Of a DNA stretch of 64,000 nucleotides, positions 24,201 to 36,634 are shown piece by piece (the first letter of the stretch is position 1; every line of letters starts with the position of its first letter). Under the pieces are notes generated by a model. That model was given only the letters and a program-made list of their open reading frames with translations, made no database searches and was not told the origin of the DNA. Source of the stretch: Phoronis australis (lineage: Eukaryota > Animalia > Phoronida); the NCBI GenBank assembly GCA_002633005.1, contig NMRA01000485.1, forward strand, positions 248,442 to 312,441, in the 5' to 3' direction. The position numbers were made by a program, and so were the translations under genes.

Positions 24201-27200
24201 GTACATGAGAAAGTGGACAGAGTGTAATTCTATTAGTCGATCCATTGTGCTGGTGCGTTCAGTATGGTCTTCAGCAAACAATCAAATCTTGTGGAAAAAA
24301 TATACAGTCTACTTCTAGTAATCAGTTCTTGTTGATTGCCACAAAGAGAAATAATAAGACCAGTGTAGACTTACTCATCGCCAATGTTCTTGATCTCATA
24401 CAGTCCACACTCGGTACCAATGTCGTCCTCTTTCACTTCATCTGTTCGGTTCACGATAGTTGCACCAGTCGCCCTGACAATACCCAAGGTGGTAAAACAT
24501 TTCATACACCCCTTAACAATTACACAGCCGCCAACAGTCGAAAATCAACAAGCGGGATACTTGGGTGTAAGCCATATTCACTGCAACGGGCAAATTTTTG
24601 CCACAGCACCCAGAAACATCCTGGCATTATTTTTTTAGTCGTACCAACGGAATAGGACTAGGAAATAGGGTGGAAAAGCACAGAACTATACGAAAATATG
24701 TAAACTGCGTCGCGTTTTCCAAAAAGCACGACATTCCCAGGCTGTGGAAAGACACAGGACAAAGCTTCAAAAGTGAACGCTGGTGAGTATGCAAATTAGC
24801 CATGTCAGTACTGTAGGCAGATCCACGTTAAGTTGGTCTCGTAGAATATCCTAAATAGCAAAAGGGAAGCCTCAAGGCACAAGGCACAGAAAGGTCTAAG
24901 TGATCAAATGTTATACGAATACGGCGTTGCATTGTGCGGGAAACGTGACAGTCACGGGAAATTACTATGTACATGAATAAAACAATGAAATCAGCGATGT
25001 ACAGGACCACCCATCTTCAACATTCATAATATCAACACAAAACCCCATTTGACACTTTTTCCTCCAATGTACAGGAATTCAGTGATTTCATAGACTTAGT
25101 GTTTGTCACAACTGGATTCAGCCACTGCGTCACCTCACCTGGCTATCCTGTTGTTGTCCGACTTGCGCACCCGTCGTATTACGCTAATGTTGGCTTTGAC
25201 CAGGAAGTGCTGGGCGAGGTCGGACACACCCTTCTCCGTGATCACAAGGTCGGGCTTCAGAGCGATGATGTCATTACACACGTTACGGATGTATTGCTCC
25301 TCTAGCTCAAGGATACGGCTGAAATAGGTCAAAGGTAAGGAGACTACAGCATGCGTGACATGGTGAGGTCCTGAAATCTCATTCCGCAAGTTACCGAGGT
25401 TCTATTTTACCTCTAGCTCAAGTATACGACTGTTAATGCTATGTAGGACCTTATCAACAAGTCCGCAATTATCCAAATATCTACAACACTACAGATTTTC
25501 ACTTAGCAAGTGTTTCTGAAAGGTATATTTGACAACAAAGGCCGCCAATAATTATAAAAATGTTCAAGATCAAATGCGAAAAGCACCGTTACAATTTTAT
25601 AAATTTTCATTTCACTTTCATTTAACACAAAACTGACAGCGCCTCCAGCAAAAGTGAAACAGTTTCAAAAGAATTCCCAAAAGCGCTTTTCAGAACAGTG
25701 CATAAAGCATTGTATTTGACAGTTTCATAAGAATTCAATAAGCCATTTCTGAGATGACATTTCTCTAAGGTCCAACAAAACCTTAAGGGACTACAGCATA
25801 TGCGACAAGACAGAAGTGTCCGAGTCCATACAAACTCAACGCACCATAGTACGAAGGATTGCAACATGATGATGGGCTTGATCGCAAACATTTTTAAGTC
25901 TGGTTTGCACGCCACCCAATGAACGTAAGTCTGGAAAGATTTCTGCTCCAACCAGGACTCGAATCTGGGATCTTATGCTAACTGTGCAGACACTCTAGTC
26001 CACTGAGTCATTGGAACCACCGGTTGAAAACAGAAATCCAATCAGACGTAGTTGTGGGCTTCATGACCCTTTGACAACAAAAAGAATCTGGCTAAATTCA
26101 AGGTACAAGGTTACATACTACATTCCGCCATCTACATTTCAGAGCCTAAACAAGTTAGCTTCATGTGTCATTTAACACCAAAAGATGAAGCGGCCTAGAT
26201 GGCTTACGCAAAGTCCATTTCTTTAGTGATCTCAATGTTGGTCTGACTCTCGCCCTTCTTGTACTCCAGTGAACAGTCTAGCAGCATGATACGCGGATTC
26301 TCTATCTTCCTGTAAATGCAAACACACAAAATAAAGTCCGTGTACAGAAAGATGGTACACAATCGCATACCAAAAAACAAAGATTGCAAGCGGTGTGCTT
26401 TTCGTCAGCAGTGTAAGGAAAAAAGCTAGATATGATAAATGATAAGACTAAACATGGCAGTGTGAGCTGCTAAGTTAAAATGCGTCATAAAAGAAAATGC
26501 GAGCACGAACAGAATTGAACTGAGACATTCTACGGGTACTCATAAGACACGCATGACCTAACAACCGACAAAGAACCGGGGATATGACAAACACAAGCAT
26601 GCTTGGACAGTACTAGTATACAGATGGGGAAGATCTGAACAGACTCTCAGATATACTCGAGTGTTCGAAAGCCTAATTGTGCCAACTAACAAGAACTTGT
26701 AATAGATTCATTGGCCAGGAGTAACAATAAGCCAAAGCTTGTGTTAGTAATTCTGAGTAGACCACTGACTGGCAGGTTAAACCTAAAATGACCAGAAGAA
26801 GGAATCCTACTAAATCTGAAGTGTTAAACAACGAGCATGGAACTTATTAAAAACTTTAGATCTACGGAAAAATGTAGCTGAACCTGAAACCCTACAGTAC
26901 TGAAGGACCATACCTCCTCATTTTGGGGTGGACAACATCCTTGTTGAACATGACACCTTTAAGAACACTAGACTCCTCTATGGTACCACCAGGTATCTAC
27001 AAAAGTAAAAACATGTCAACTGAACAGTACAAGTGGTAGTTCGTGTTGAATCTGTTTCTAACACACCACATCCCCTTACAAGTGTAATGTCGAGTAATTA
27101 GCACAAGTCAGTATCACAATGTACAGCGTTTGGAGACTTTGACCAAGATGGTGAAAATACGATTTGCTGAAGGAAAAGCCAAGGGTTTAAGAGCAAAACT

Positions 27201-30200
27201 CTCACAAATATAGCAGCTTTTGAAATGAAGTTGACAATGTCGAAATTCAGTTAAGTTTCAGCACACAAAACCGCGCCTAAACATTCATTTCTTTTTACAA
27301 GAACCCACTTCAATTTTGGCTAAATCTCTGCAAAATCTCGATAGGTGTTGCTCCACACACATAGTCGAACTGGCGACAACTAACAGTGCAATTCCATTAA
27401 TAAATAAACAAACAGTCGCTAGGTATGATATCATCATGTTGAACTCTGACAAAAGGTCAACAAAAATGCTATTTCATTGGAGCAAGTTTGGCTGGTCTGC
27501 CAAATAAGTCTGGCAGAGTTCTGTCAAAGTTTGCGTAATTTACATTGAAAACTAATGTACAGCACATGAAAGAGACATGAAAATGCATAATGTTGCAATG
27601 CACCAGTAACCAACAGGAAGCAGCTACGGTTGCTCGTGTCATTGAAGAAGACTTTTCAGTATACACAATATTAAAATTTTCGAGGCCTTATCAAATTTAG
27701 GTTTACCTAGATTAAACACATTAAAAATAGCAACTATTTGCACACAGTTCACCTCAGTCTATCAACCCTTCCTTCTAACTTTGCCTGCTGTCCCTAGGTG
27801 TCTCCACTGCTATGCAGTGAGCAGAAAAGTCCACTATATAAAAATGCTGAAACAAAGTGGCAAAACAACTCCAAAATTACTCACTTTTTCAACTTTGGCG
27901 TATCGCTTAATATCAATCTCCTTCCTCCCATTCTCCTCCATAGCAACGGTTGCCGTGGCATCAATGGCTATTTGACAAGCTAAGTCAGACCTGGAGGAGC
28001 ACAACGTGTTAACTAAACAATCACCACTGTCACCGAGCACTCAAGAATAACTACCCTCACATGAAACCACGACCGCCTTGGTTTAATTCCTCGTTCAGAA
28101 GTGGAACGTCAAAAAACAGATCCGATGTTTAAAACAAGCGTTCACAAAAGGCGTCCTCACTGCAGTCTTATGCGTATTTAGCAGAGATTAGACTCAGACC
28201 ACAATTGGTACAATGGAATGGAACTGCAACAATGATAAGCAGACAGAACTGCTGTCTGATTTAGGACAAACGACAAGACAGATGAGATGTGAACCTTTTC
28301 CATGAGGCATATCGGACACTTTGACTCTGAACCCTACATAATTTAACACACAAAGAGAAAGCACTCTTATGATGCAACATTACAAAATAATGTCTGTATG
28401 TCCGGTCTGACCCATTATGTACATAAGGGCACAAGTTCAGGTGACTAGCCAGTCACACTATACATTCAACGGTCGTTAACGCCCATCTGTGTCCAGCTTG
28501 CTAGTGAGATACTGAACTCACAACATAAAATTTGAAGATATATTAAGCTACTTTCAAGGATCATGACGTGGGGTTGGAAAAATCGCACACCAGAGGTCGC
28601 CACAGGAAAATGCTATCTTCACGCGAAATGCTGGAACAAGCATCAGCAGAAGTACAGCATAATTATATTCAAACCGAGAAGACAGCGAAAGTGAAGATTT
28701 TCTGGTTACTTCAAAAAACTTACGCAGGGTGTTTATTTTTGTCATATGGCTGACCTTTGACCTAATGTGCTGTATTTCCATGTTTCCCCAAGTTATCTGT
28801 GGACACAGGTTGTTGTCACTGTCTTGCATTAGCCTAACAACCTCGACAGCGGTGTAAAAGAGTGCCGTGAACTTTGCACTGTTGTTGCAATATACCCCCT
28901 TTAGTTGCAAATCAAACTCTTTGTTGCGGGTCAAAACACGGTATTCGTGCCAGTTCAACTCAACATATCCGCTCTGCAAGCTAACCACTCACCATTTCCT
29001 AATGAACTTTGTTCCTACACAACTCTTGACTATCTTTAGCATTTCCTCCCTATTGTTGACATCCACTGGTATACTGAAACAGTAAGCAACGCATTACAAA
29101 CACCGCTGACCTACAGCCATTTCTGATACAATGGCAATGGACTGTTCCAAGAAAAGAAAGTCCTGAGCCCTTTAGTACTACATGCAGCAATTTTTGTTAA
29201 AATCTGAAGAGAGCAGATATTTTGCAACCTCTTGTATTGATGATGTTTACTTGTCAATCATACTGCACAGTAACCATGACAATGTCCCAATACAGCAGGA
29301 TCCCTGTAATAGACGGCACTACCATTTAAGATGACCTAAATATCATAAAAGCGCACAGAACAGCCTTGGGAATGATCTATGACCTGTGTACCTGACTTGG
29401 TCGCGTAGTATTTCCACAAGATCTTCCAGAGCCTGCCTGTAGGCACCAATGATGACGGTGGGGTGCATCTCCTGCTCCAGGAACTGCTGGGACACGGCCA
29501 GCACCTCACCGGCTGAAATATCAACAGGGGTGACTGAGGTCAGCTGATAAGGTCATCAAGGTTTAGGAAGGTCAGCTGACGAGGTCAACAAGGGTTAGTA
29601 AGGCTAGCTGACGAGGTCATCAAGGACTGGCACGAGACACCGACAGTCTGATTACATGCGGATGCGACAATACAGTAATTTTCAAATTAAGTTGACGGAG
29701 CACCTATTCATTGACAGTTGGTGAAACTTCGGAGAGTACAGGCCAAAATGTAATTTATTAGTAGGCTGTTAGTGACAGACTAAACAAAATTTCATTTTCA
29801 ATATCTGGTATAAGAATTCGATAAATCACCTTTTTACAAAACTAAACCCAAAATTGACATTTTTCATTTTTCATGGGACTCTGACATTGCTGTGCTCATA
29901 ACATTGTCTAAGGGTAGCTATCTAGTATAACAAATTCACTTTATACTACTTATCTTTCATGAAAATAAAATTTCACCTCTTATATTGTCTCCCAAATTAG
30001 TGAGATTTATCCGTACAAAGTCATTCTATTCAAAACTTCTAACAACGCATTATGTGATAATGGTAATATAGAAATAACACCACAGGACACTAATGACAGT
30101 TTAACAATGACAAGTCACAACACAGCTTATGGTATTAGCTTTCCAACATCCACTCTAGATAATTCCACTCCTAATACGGACACATCTAAGAGCCCTTTCT

Positions 30201-33200
30201 TGATGCAAGTTTTACTTTGGGGTGGGCGTAAGTACAAAATCATGCCATGCGGACAAGTCACTGCTTACCCAGAATGATGACGGACGTGGTGCCGTCCCCC
30301 ACTTCCTCATCTTGGGTGCGGGCGATCTCTATCATTGACTTGGCAGCAGGGTGCTGCACGGTGATCTATAGCAAACAACACTCAACTTATTATTCACAGA
30401 ACACACGCATCAACGGGCCCAAACAATTTTTGCGGAATGATTACGATGACATAGCTTTACTTCCTTTAGGATTTTGAGAGCATGCTGGGATGTGTGCGTG
30501 ACAACTTCGATGAAACTTGGGACTTTTACCAGGTCACCAAACAAAATCATTTGCAAAAAACATCTAACTTACAGTGACTAATGAAGAAAAATTATGGAAT
30601 TATTTTGAATATGAAAACAGCATTCTTTCAAAACGAGAAATTCAGATGAAGTTTTTCTTACTTAATCAATGAAGTTACTTTCAAAAATATTGTAAAGTTG
30701 GATGGTCTTCTCTCAGTAATACAACATGATAAGTTAAAGAATGCAATTCAGCTGACAAACACATCCCATCACAGACAACTCGCTTAGAGTTTTAACAGCC
30801 AGCATCAAGCTCCTACAACATAAACTGAAACTGAACACTGCGAGTAACCTCAATTTGAATATCACAGCAAATGGGGAAGTAGGTCACCTACCTCTCTGAG
30901 GATGGCGTTGCCATCGTTGGTCATCACGATGCCCCCCATAGGGTCCATCAACATCTTCAACATGGCACGTGGACCTAGGCATGTTCGGATGATGTCAGCT
31001 ATCGTCTGCAACAATAGTAACCTCAATAGCTAGTCGTACACTGACTCAGTGTCTCAATACATGTCGATTCAACTACATCCATACTTTAAGACTGGCAGCT
31101 GACACATGAGTCTTCATTAAGACTGGGACAAAGAAAAGATCTTTCTCGCAGAGTCAAAATACAATCAGAACTTGTAAGAAGGGTTGCCGGATCCAGATGT
31201 CTTGTCTTATCATATAGAATGTTGGCGATTATCGAATACAGATAGAGATGTACTCTAATTCGTTTATTTTTGAAAAGGAACAAGACCAACTGCAACAAGT
31301 AGTGGCGCTTTAGAAACTATGTGAAGTGCAAAGTTACGTTAATATTGTGCATATTGAAATCAGAGAGAAAATAGCTCTTTGTATCTGTCATCATAACTTT
31401 GCATTTTTGACAAGTAAATAATTTCTACAGGTAGGCTATCTTTTAAAACCATTATTAAGCTGTCATAAATCGCAAAACCTATTTTTCATTTAAACCACTT
31501 ATGGTAACGATTATGAAACAAGTTTACGGACTAAAATTTTCACTTCATTCAAGGGTATGTGAAGAATCTTCAGCGATATTTATTACACTGCGGTGATTTG
31601 TTTTATCACTAAATTTGTAATAAGGGAGGGGGGGAAGGGACTTTTATTTTGTACCTACCGCCCATGTTTTTCATTTAATTCTCCAACCCATGACCCATAA
31701 TTTTTCAAATAATAGGTTACAATATCAAATCCAACACTTGCAAACAAATTGCCTCCAGGATGACCTTAAGAACTTAGATCATCGACAGACAAGAACTAGT
31801 CGTCTTGTCCAAAACTGTCAAAAACTAAAGTAGCCAAGAGGGTGGTCAAATACGAAAATGACTTCTGTCAACGCATTCATCTCTGCTATATATTTTTGTG
31901 CCAAATTTCCAGTTGTGCCAAGTAATTTTTTTCATGAGATAATCAACCTTTCTTGTCAAAAACTAACAGGGTGTCACAGTAATTGAATCCAGCGTCCAAA
32001 AATTGACTGGTGCCGGCACATTCTTGCGATATACTTCTATTTCGAATTTCATCGTGATCAGTGAAGCAGTTTTTGAGACAATCAACATACAAGGAAAGGC
32101 TACTCGAAAACTAAAGTGGCCAAGATTGCCAACTCCACCCGGAAATTGACCGATGCCTTGCCAAGTACCTCTTTACCAATTTCATCACGATCCGCCAAGT
32201 GGTTCTTGAGATAATTGATGGGCAAGAAATGATGACGACAGACAGACCCACTACAAAGTTTTTATGGGTGCAGAAAAATTCCATGTGAGATCACTACTCA
32301 TATCAGTTACCAGAAACTTGCTTTTCAAAGACACCTGTGAGCAATACTTTTGGCAGCCACCAGGTGTCTCTGTTCACCATGTGTCTGTAATTTCAATAAG
32401 ATTTTTTCAATTTCATGGATCTGTGAATCTCAAACTGTCTCCAGAAACGCTTTTAGAATGCTATGTCAAGTGAATACTATTACAATATCTATCTTACTCT
32501 TCATACTTTTTATTTAAAAATCCTCAATTTTCTTCTATGTGTTAACACCAGTTAGTGTTGCAGAAATTTTCATTCTAATACGACTGCAGTACAACATGAG
32601 CTTGTAATCAAGTTGCCCATGACTTGATTAATGGCGTAGCGTACATATTGCACTATGTACACTAGCGACATGGGTTTGTTTTTAGTTCTGGCATGTGTTT
32701 GGTTGTTTGCCAAGTGAATTTTTGGCGAGTTTTGATTTCTTTTGAGATGTGCTGAAAATACTGACCGCTGGACATTTACAGGTCAAAAAATACCACCCAG
32801 TTTTAATGCTATACTTCTTACAAGAACGACCACCCGTAATTTGAGTTTTTTCTGAAGACCACCACCCATGAATTTTTGTTTCAGCTGTGCCCCCCCCCCA
32901 AACGGATTTTGCTGGTACAGCCCTAAGTTAAAATATCATATAAAACCTAACAAATAACAAGCTCATTAAAAATATTTCTGACCCAGATTACCCTGGTTAT
33001 AGATCCCTCAAGAAACCTCGACATGGAAGAAACATACCAGTGCTATGAGTACTTAACACACTAAGTAAAAAAAGTTATTTGAATGAGACCCATTCACTTA
33101 AATGTGCTGTTTTTCATAATGGAGTACTTCAGGCAACACCTACTCACTCAGAAACTACCAGCGTGACACCGGGTCTCAAGGAATAACAAATTCTCAGTTC

Positions 33201-35452
33201 TTAGAAGACCAGAAACAGTTTGGCACTAGTCGGATATAATGGGCTCTTGATTTAGAGAGCCAGTTTCATCCACAGGCGTCCTCAGCTTCTGATCGTCCCC
33301 AATACACTACATATAATACTACAAGGTAGGACACTCCTGACTAGAAATTCCACGGGTGCTTCACTTCAGCCGTCCATAGCAAACATAAAACTCAATAAAT
33401 TTACACAAAACAGAGGTTCAACAAACCATGAAGAATTGTTCTTTCTCCCAATACCATTCACGGTGTCCTGTTCCGGCGACTTCGTAAGAAATTCGCAGTC
33501 AAAGAACAAAAATGTTCACAAAAAACCCCCGCGCACGTCCATCGGTTGCCGCTCGAGGTCAAGGACGGTACGGAAATTGCCGGTGAGTTACGGAAGTACC
33601 GACATCGTGACTTTACGCGACCTATGTCGGTACTTCCGTAACTCACCGGCAATTTCCGTACCGTCCTTGACCTCGAGCGGCAACCGATGGACGTGCGCGG
33701 GGGTTTTTTGTGAACATTTTTGTTCTTTGACTGCGAATTTCTTACGAAGTCGCCGGAACAGGACACCGTGAATGGTATTGGGAGAAAGAACAATTCTTCA
33801 TGGTTTGTTGAACCTCTGTTTTGTGTAAATTCATTGAGTTTTATGTTTGCTATGGACGGCTGAAGTGAAGCACCCGTGGAATTTCTAGTCAGGAGTGTCC
33901 TACCTTGTAGTATTATATGTAGTGTATTGGGGACGATCAGAAGCTGAGGACGCCTGTGGTTTCATCCACTAAAAAACGACCGTTATTCAGTGATTGCCTG
34001 GTTCTTTAAAAGGTTCCTGAAGTACAATAATATTCATTTTTAATGTAATATAATTGATGAATAAAGTCTATATCAGAAATCCCATCTTTGTTACTCTTTC
34101 ACATTTTTGTAAGATAAGCGTTTTTTCCAATGTTAATTGCTATTGGCTAACGCACGTCTGACGTCGCTGAGCCAGTACCGTGGGTGAAGACAATAAGATA
34201 AATCAAGCTTATTATGTATGTAGCTCACTGGGTGAATGCCTCTCGGCTACAGAACTGTGCTTAATGTGCCTAATTCGTCCGCAATCTCGGCTCTCAAAAG
34301 TTCATAATACAAGTTTACTGCAGTGTGGTGTTGACTATTAATGGAATGATGCCGTTCTCCGCACAGGCCAGGAAAGGACCCCGACTGCGTAGCCTTACCT
34401 TGGTGCAAGCTGTATAGTAAATATACAGCGGCCGTTTCATTGACGTGCGTAAAAACTGATTAAATAAAATCTGACACAAAATTAGTGTCATTAAAAATTA
34501 CACTCTTCCTTGAGTAAACTAAATTATTGACTGGTGTTGAAAAAATTGGCGTTCAGCTGTTCACTCAGTTGGTTGCCGTTAACTTTTTCACCACGCGCGC
34601 GATAACCACCAAGTATGTCAACTGAGTCACGTGAGTTAGGCAAAGCCTGCAAAGGCTAGCGTGAGACTGAGCGAAGCGCGTGACGCTAGCGCATAACAAT
34701 TGTCAAATAGCATGAGAAGACAGGTGAAATTTGTAAGACTTGTGTCCCTTGGACTTTTTATGTGTCAACATGTGTGATTTCACATAACCTCCTCAAAATG
34801 GCACCCGGTAAGAGAATCTTGAGCAAACCGCGACAGATTTTCATCGATTTGTTCAAATTATCTAGACTGAATGTATGTCTCCAGAATGGTATATGAGTTG
34901 TTCATAACTCCATGTGCATTTTATTTCCTATATTTTGAAATGATTAACTTTTTGTGGGAATGTATTATCGTCCATGTATGCCTGCGGCATCCAGGGCGAT
35001 GCATGGACCATGGATGGTGCTTATTGATGATGATGTTGAATTAAAAATGTTAAATTTTACACAAGATGGCACTGCACAAAAAGTCTATTTTCTCATCAAC
35101 AGCTCAATCAGTAATTCTTCATAGCATCTAACACCTAGAGTGGAATTGCTACAGCAATAGATTATACTGCAATAAGCAGGACTAGAAGCGATTCAGTGTA
35201 CTAAAATTCAAAACAGTCACAAAGCACGTGAGATTCTGGAAAAATCCAAAATGGCCGCCTCCTTTCACTCACCTTTGCCGCAGTAACATTTCCCAGCTGC
35301 ACTTTCCGACCTTGCTCACGTTTAGTGTTCTGATCTGAAAAATAAAGTGGGTTAGTTTTTACGCCTTATTTTATTGAACACATAGTTTCAAATTTCCACA
35401 AACTGCCTAAATACTTACTAAGAACGATGACCGGAGCGCCACCGCCGTACAT
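21282..35452 (-). CDS. CCT3: T-complex protein 1 subunit gamma (CCT-gamma), 15 exons, ~546 aa
   Basis: Exons (minus): 35452-35419, 35334-35273, 31005-30892, 30365-30269, 29512-29392, 29073-28993, 27990-27885, 26996-26914, 26309-26208, 25318-25139, 24473-24375, 23901-23715, 23188-23048, 22728-22597, 21383-21282 (1641 nt). Motifs [85 protein letters not shown] and [10 protein letters not shown] are diagnostic of CCT3. Confidence 0.97.
24149..24174. repeat. (TG)n/(TGCG)n microsatellite
   Basis: TGTGTGTGTGTGTGCGTGCGTGTGTG read directly. Confidence 0.8.
25790..26018 (-). mobile_element. tRNA-derived SINE in CCT3 intron 9
   Basis: Minus strand: GGTTCCAATGACTCAGTGG (A box) ... CAGATTCGAGTCCTGGTTGGAGC (B box and 3' strand pairing with the 5' end), followed by a non-tRNA body; 3' boundary approximate. 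Confidence 0.55.
29538..29625. repeat. 32-bp minisatellite, ~2.8 copies
   Basis: GGTCAGCTGA(T/C)(A/G)AGGTCA(T/A)CAAGG(T/G)TTAG(G/T)AA repeated in CCT3 intron 4. Confidence 0.8.
31788..32250 (+). repeat. Interspersed repeat with internal ~130-150 bp subrepeats and an ACAG tail (Helentron-associated/pearl-like)
   Basis: Repeated AAAACTAAAGT(A/G)GCCAAG and AATTTCATC(G/A)..GATC...TTGAGA(C/T)AAT modules ending in GACAGACAGAC; a similar module lies near 51010-51210. Family assignment is inference. Confidence 0.4.
33271..33958. mobile_element. 688-bp palindromic foldback MITE, copy 2, in CCT3 intron 2
   Basis: Same termini, arm length and spacer orientation as 5761-6448; perfect 8-bp TSD GTTTCATC (33263-33270 / 33959-33966). 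Confidence 0.93.
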
Positions 35453-35930
35453 TGTCGCTATGAGAGTAGAATTGACCAACAGGCACAGTGAGTTTCTGTT
35501 TTCTTTGAGAAAATTGGTTGCACCCTATGTTATTTTCCATACAATAATGTCGTTGTTTTATTTCATTCTGTGATTTCCAATATTTCGTTCCTCCTCTTAA
35601 CCGTACGATGTAGGCTTTACATTGCTTTTTCTACGTCGAGACCCCCAGCAGACCGGAATCTATGTCAGAATAGTCAATTAACACGTAGGTGAGTAAAGTT
35701 AAATAGAAAATAAAGAACATTGGGTAGTGGCTGTATTTGTTTGAATTGACGCTAACGAAGAAGAGGAGGTGCCTCATACAAGAATATTCTTTTTCAGTAG
35801 CAAATTTGTTGCTGTTTTTCACGAAATAACTATTGCCAATAAGTTATCGACTGGTCATACTAACGTCTCCCCCCCTACGTCAAAAATACATCTGACGGCG
35901 TCGGCCATTGTCTCCGAAAATGGATCCGTG
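35453..35930. promoter_or_regulatory. Presumed CCT3/GATAD2 bidirectional promoter with GATAD2 5' non-coding exon(s)
   Basis: Lies between the divergent ATGs (35452 minus, 36635 plus); strong plus-strand donor TAG|GTGAGT at ~35688; acceptor TTTCAG at 36623 just before the GATAD2 ATG. Confidence 0.4.
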
Positions 35931-36634
35931 AGAGTTTGTTGAGACGTCCTCACTTTTCTTCGACTACGGACTCAAACTTTGTGATAGATTTCACTTTAAG
36001 CAGCGGTAAGATCATCACGTAACACTCTTTTAGTTTTACGGCGTTTGCAACCACCCACGTTTCGATCGTTTGTAACATTTTATGAATGAAACAGAAACGA
36101 CACAAATTCTGTAAACGAATGTGTAAACTAAACCAGGACGAGTTGTTGTCCTTGATTCGTCTCTTAAAGTTTCTAGATCTAAATGTCATTAGAATGTACT
36201 GCGACTAACACATTTTGCTGCCACATTACGGGTTTGTTATGTATTGAGCCGGGTTTTCAGTACGTGAGCTGATGAGACCCTCCATCGACTCCCGCTTTAT
36301 CGATGGCGTTTTCCGATTTCCAATTTGATAACGTCACCCAGCGTTCCTAGAGAGAGAATGCTTTCCCGGAGACGCATTTTCATGTTGAACTATCATTTTC
36401 TATTTGGTTTTAAGGAACCTGAATATATTCTGTGTTTTTGGCTTATGACCCGTCATAAATACATTGCAGCTCAACTGTTGTTAAATATGTTACTTGTTAG
36501 TTTCACATTCACAATTTGACCGTTCCAAGACCAATTTAAGTTTTACAATTGTAACGTCCAGTGTCAATAATAATTGCTAAATATAACTCTGCTGTTTTTA
36601 CATTCTTGGTTGTTTTGTTTCAGCAATTGAAATT

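Noticed and set aside
25940-26018. tRNA-like sequences here and at 7420-7490
   Set aside because: A/B boxes are present but the cloverleaf is broken; treated as SINE heads, not tRNA genes.
34130-34700. CpG-rich patch with CCAAT, TGACGT, TGAGTCA and CACGTG motifs in CCT3 intron 2
   Set aside because: Could be an enhancer or a transposon interior; short motifs alone cannot distinguish these and I found no termini.
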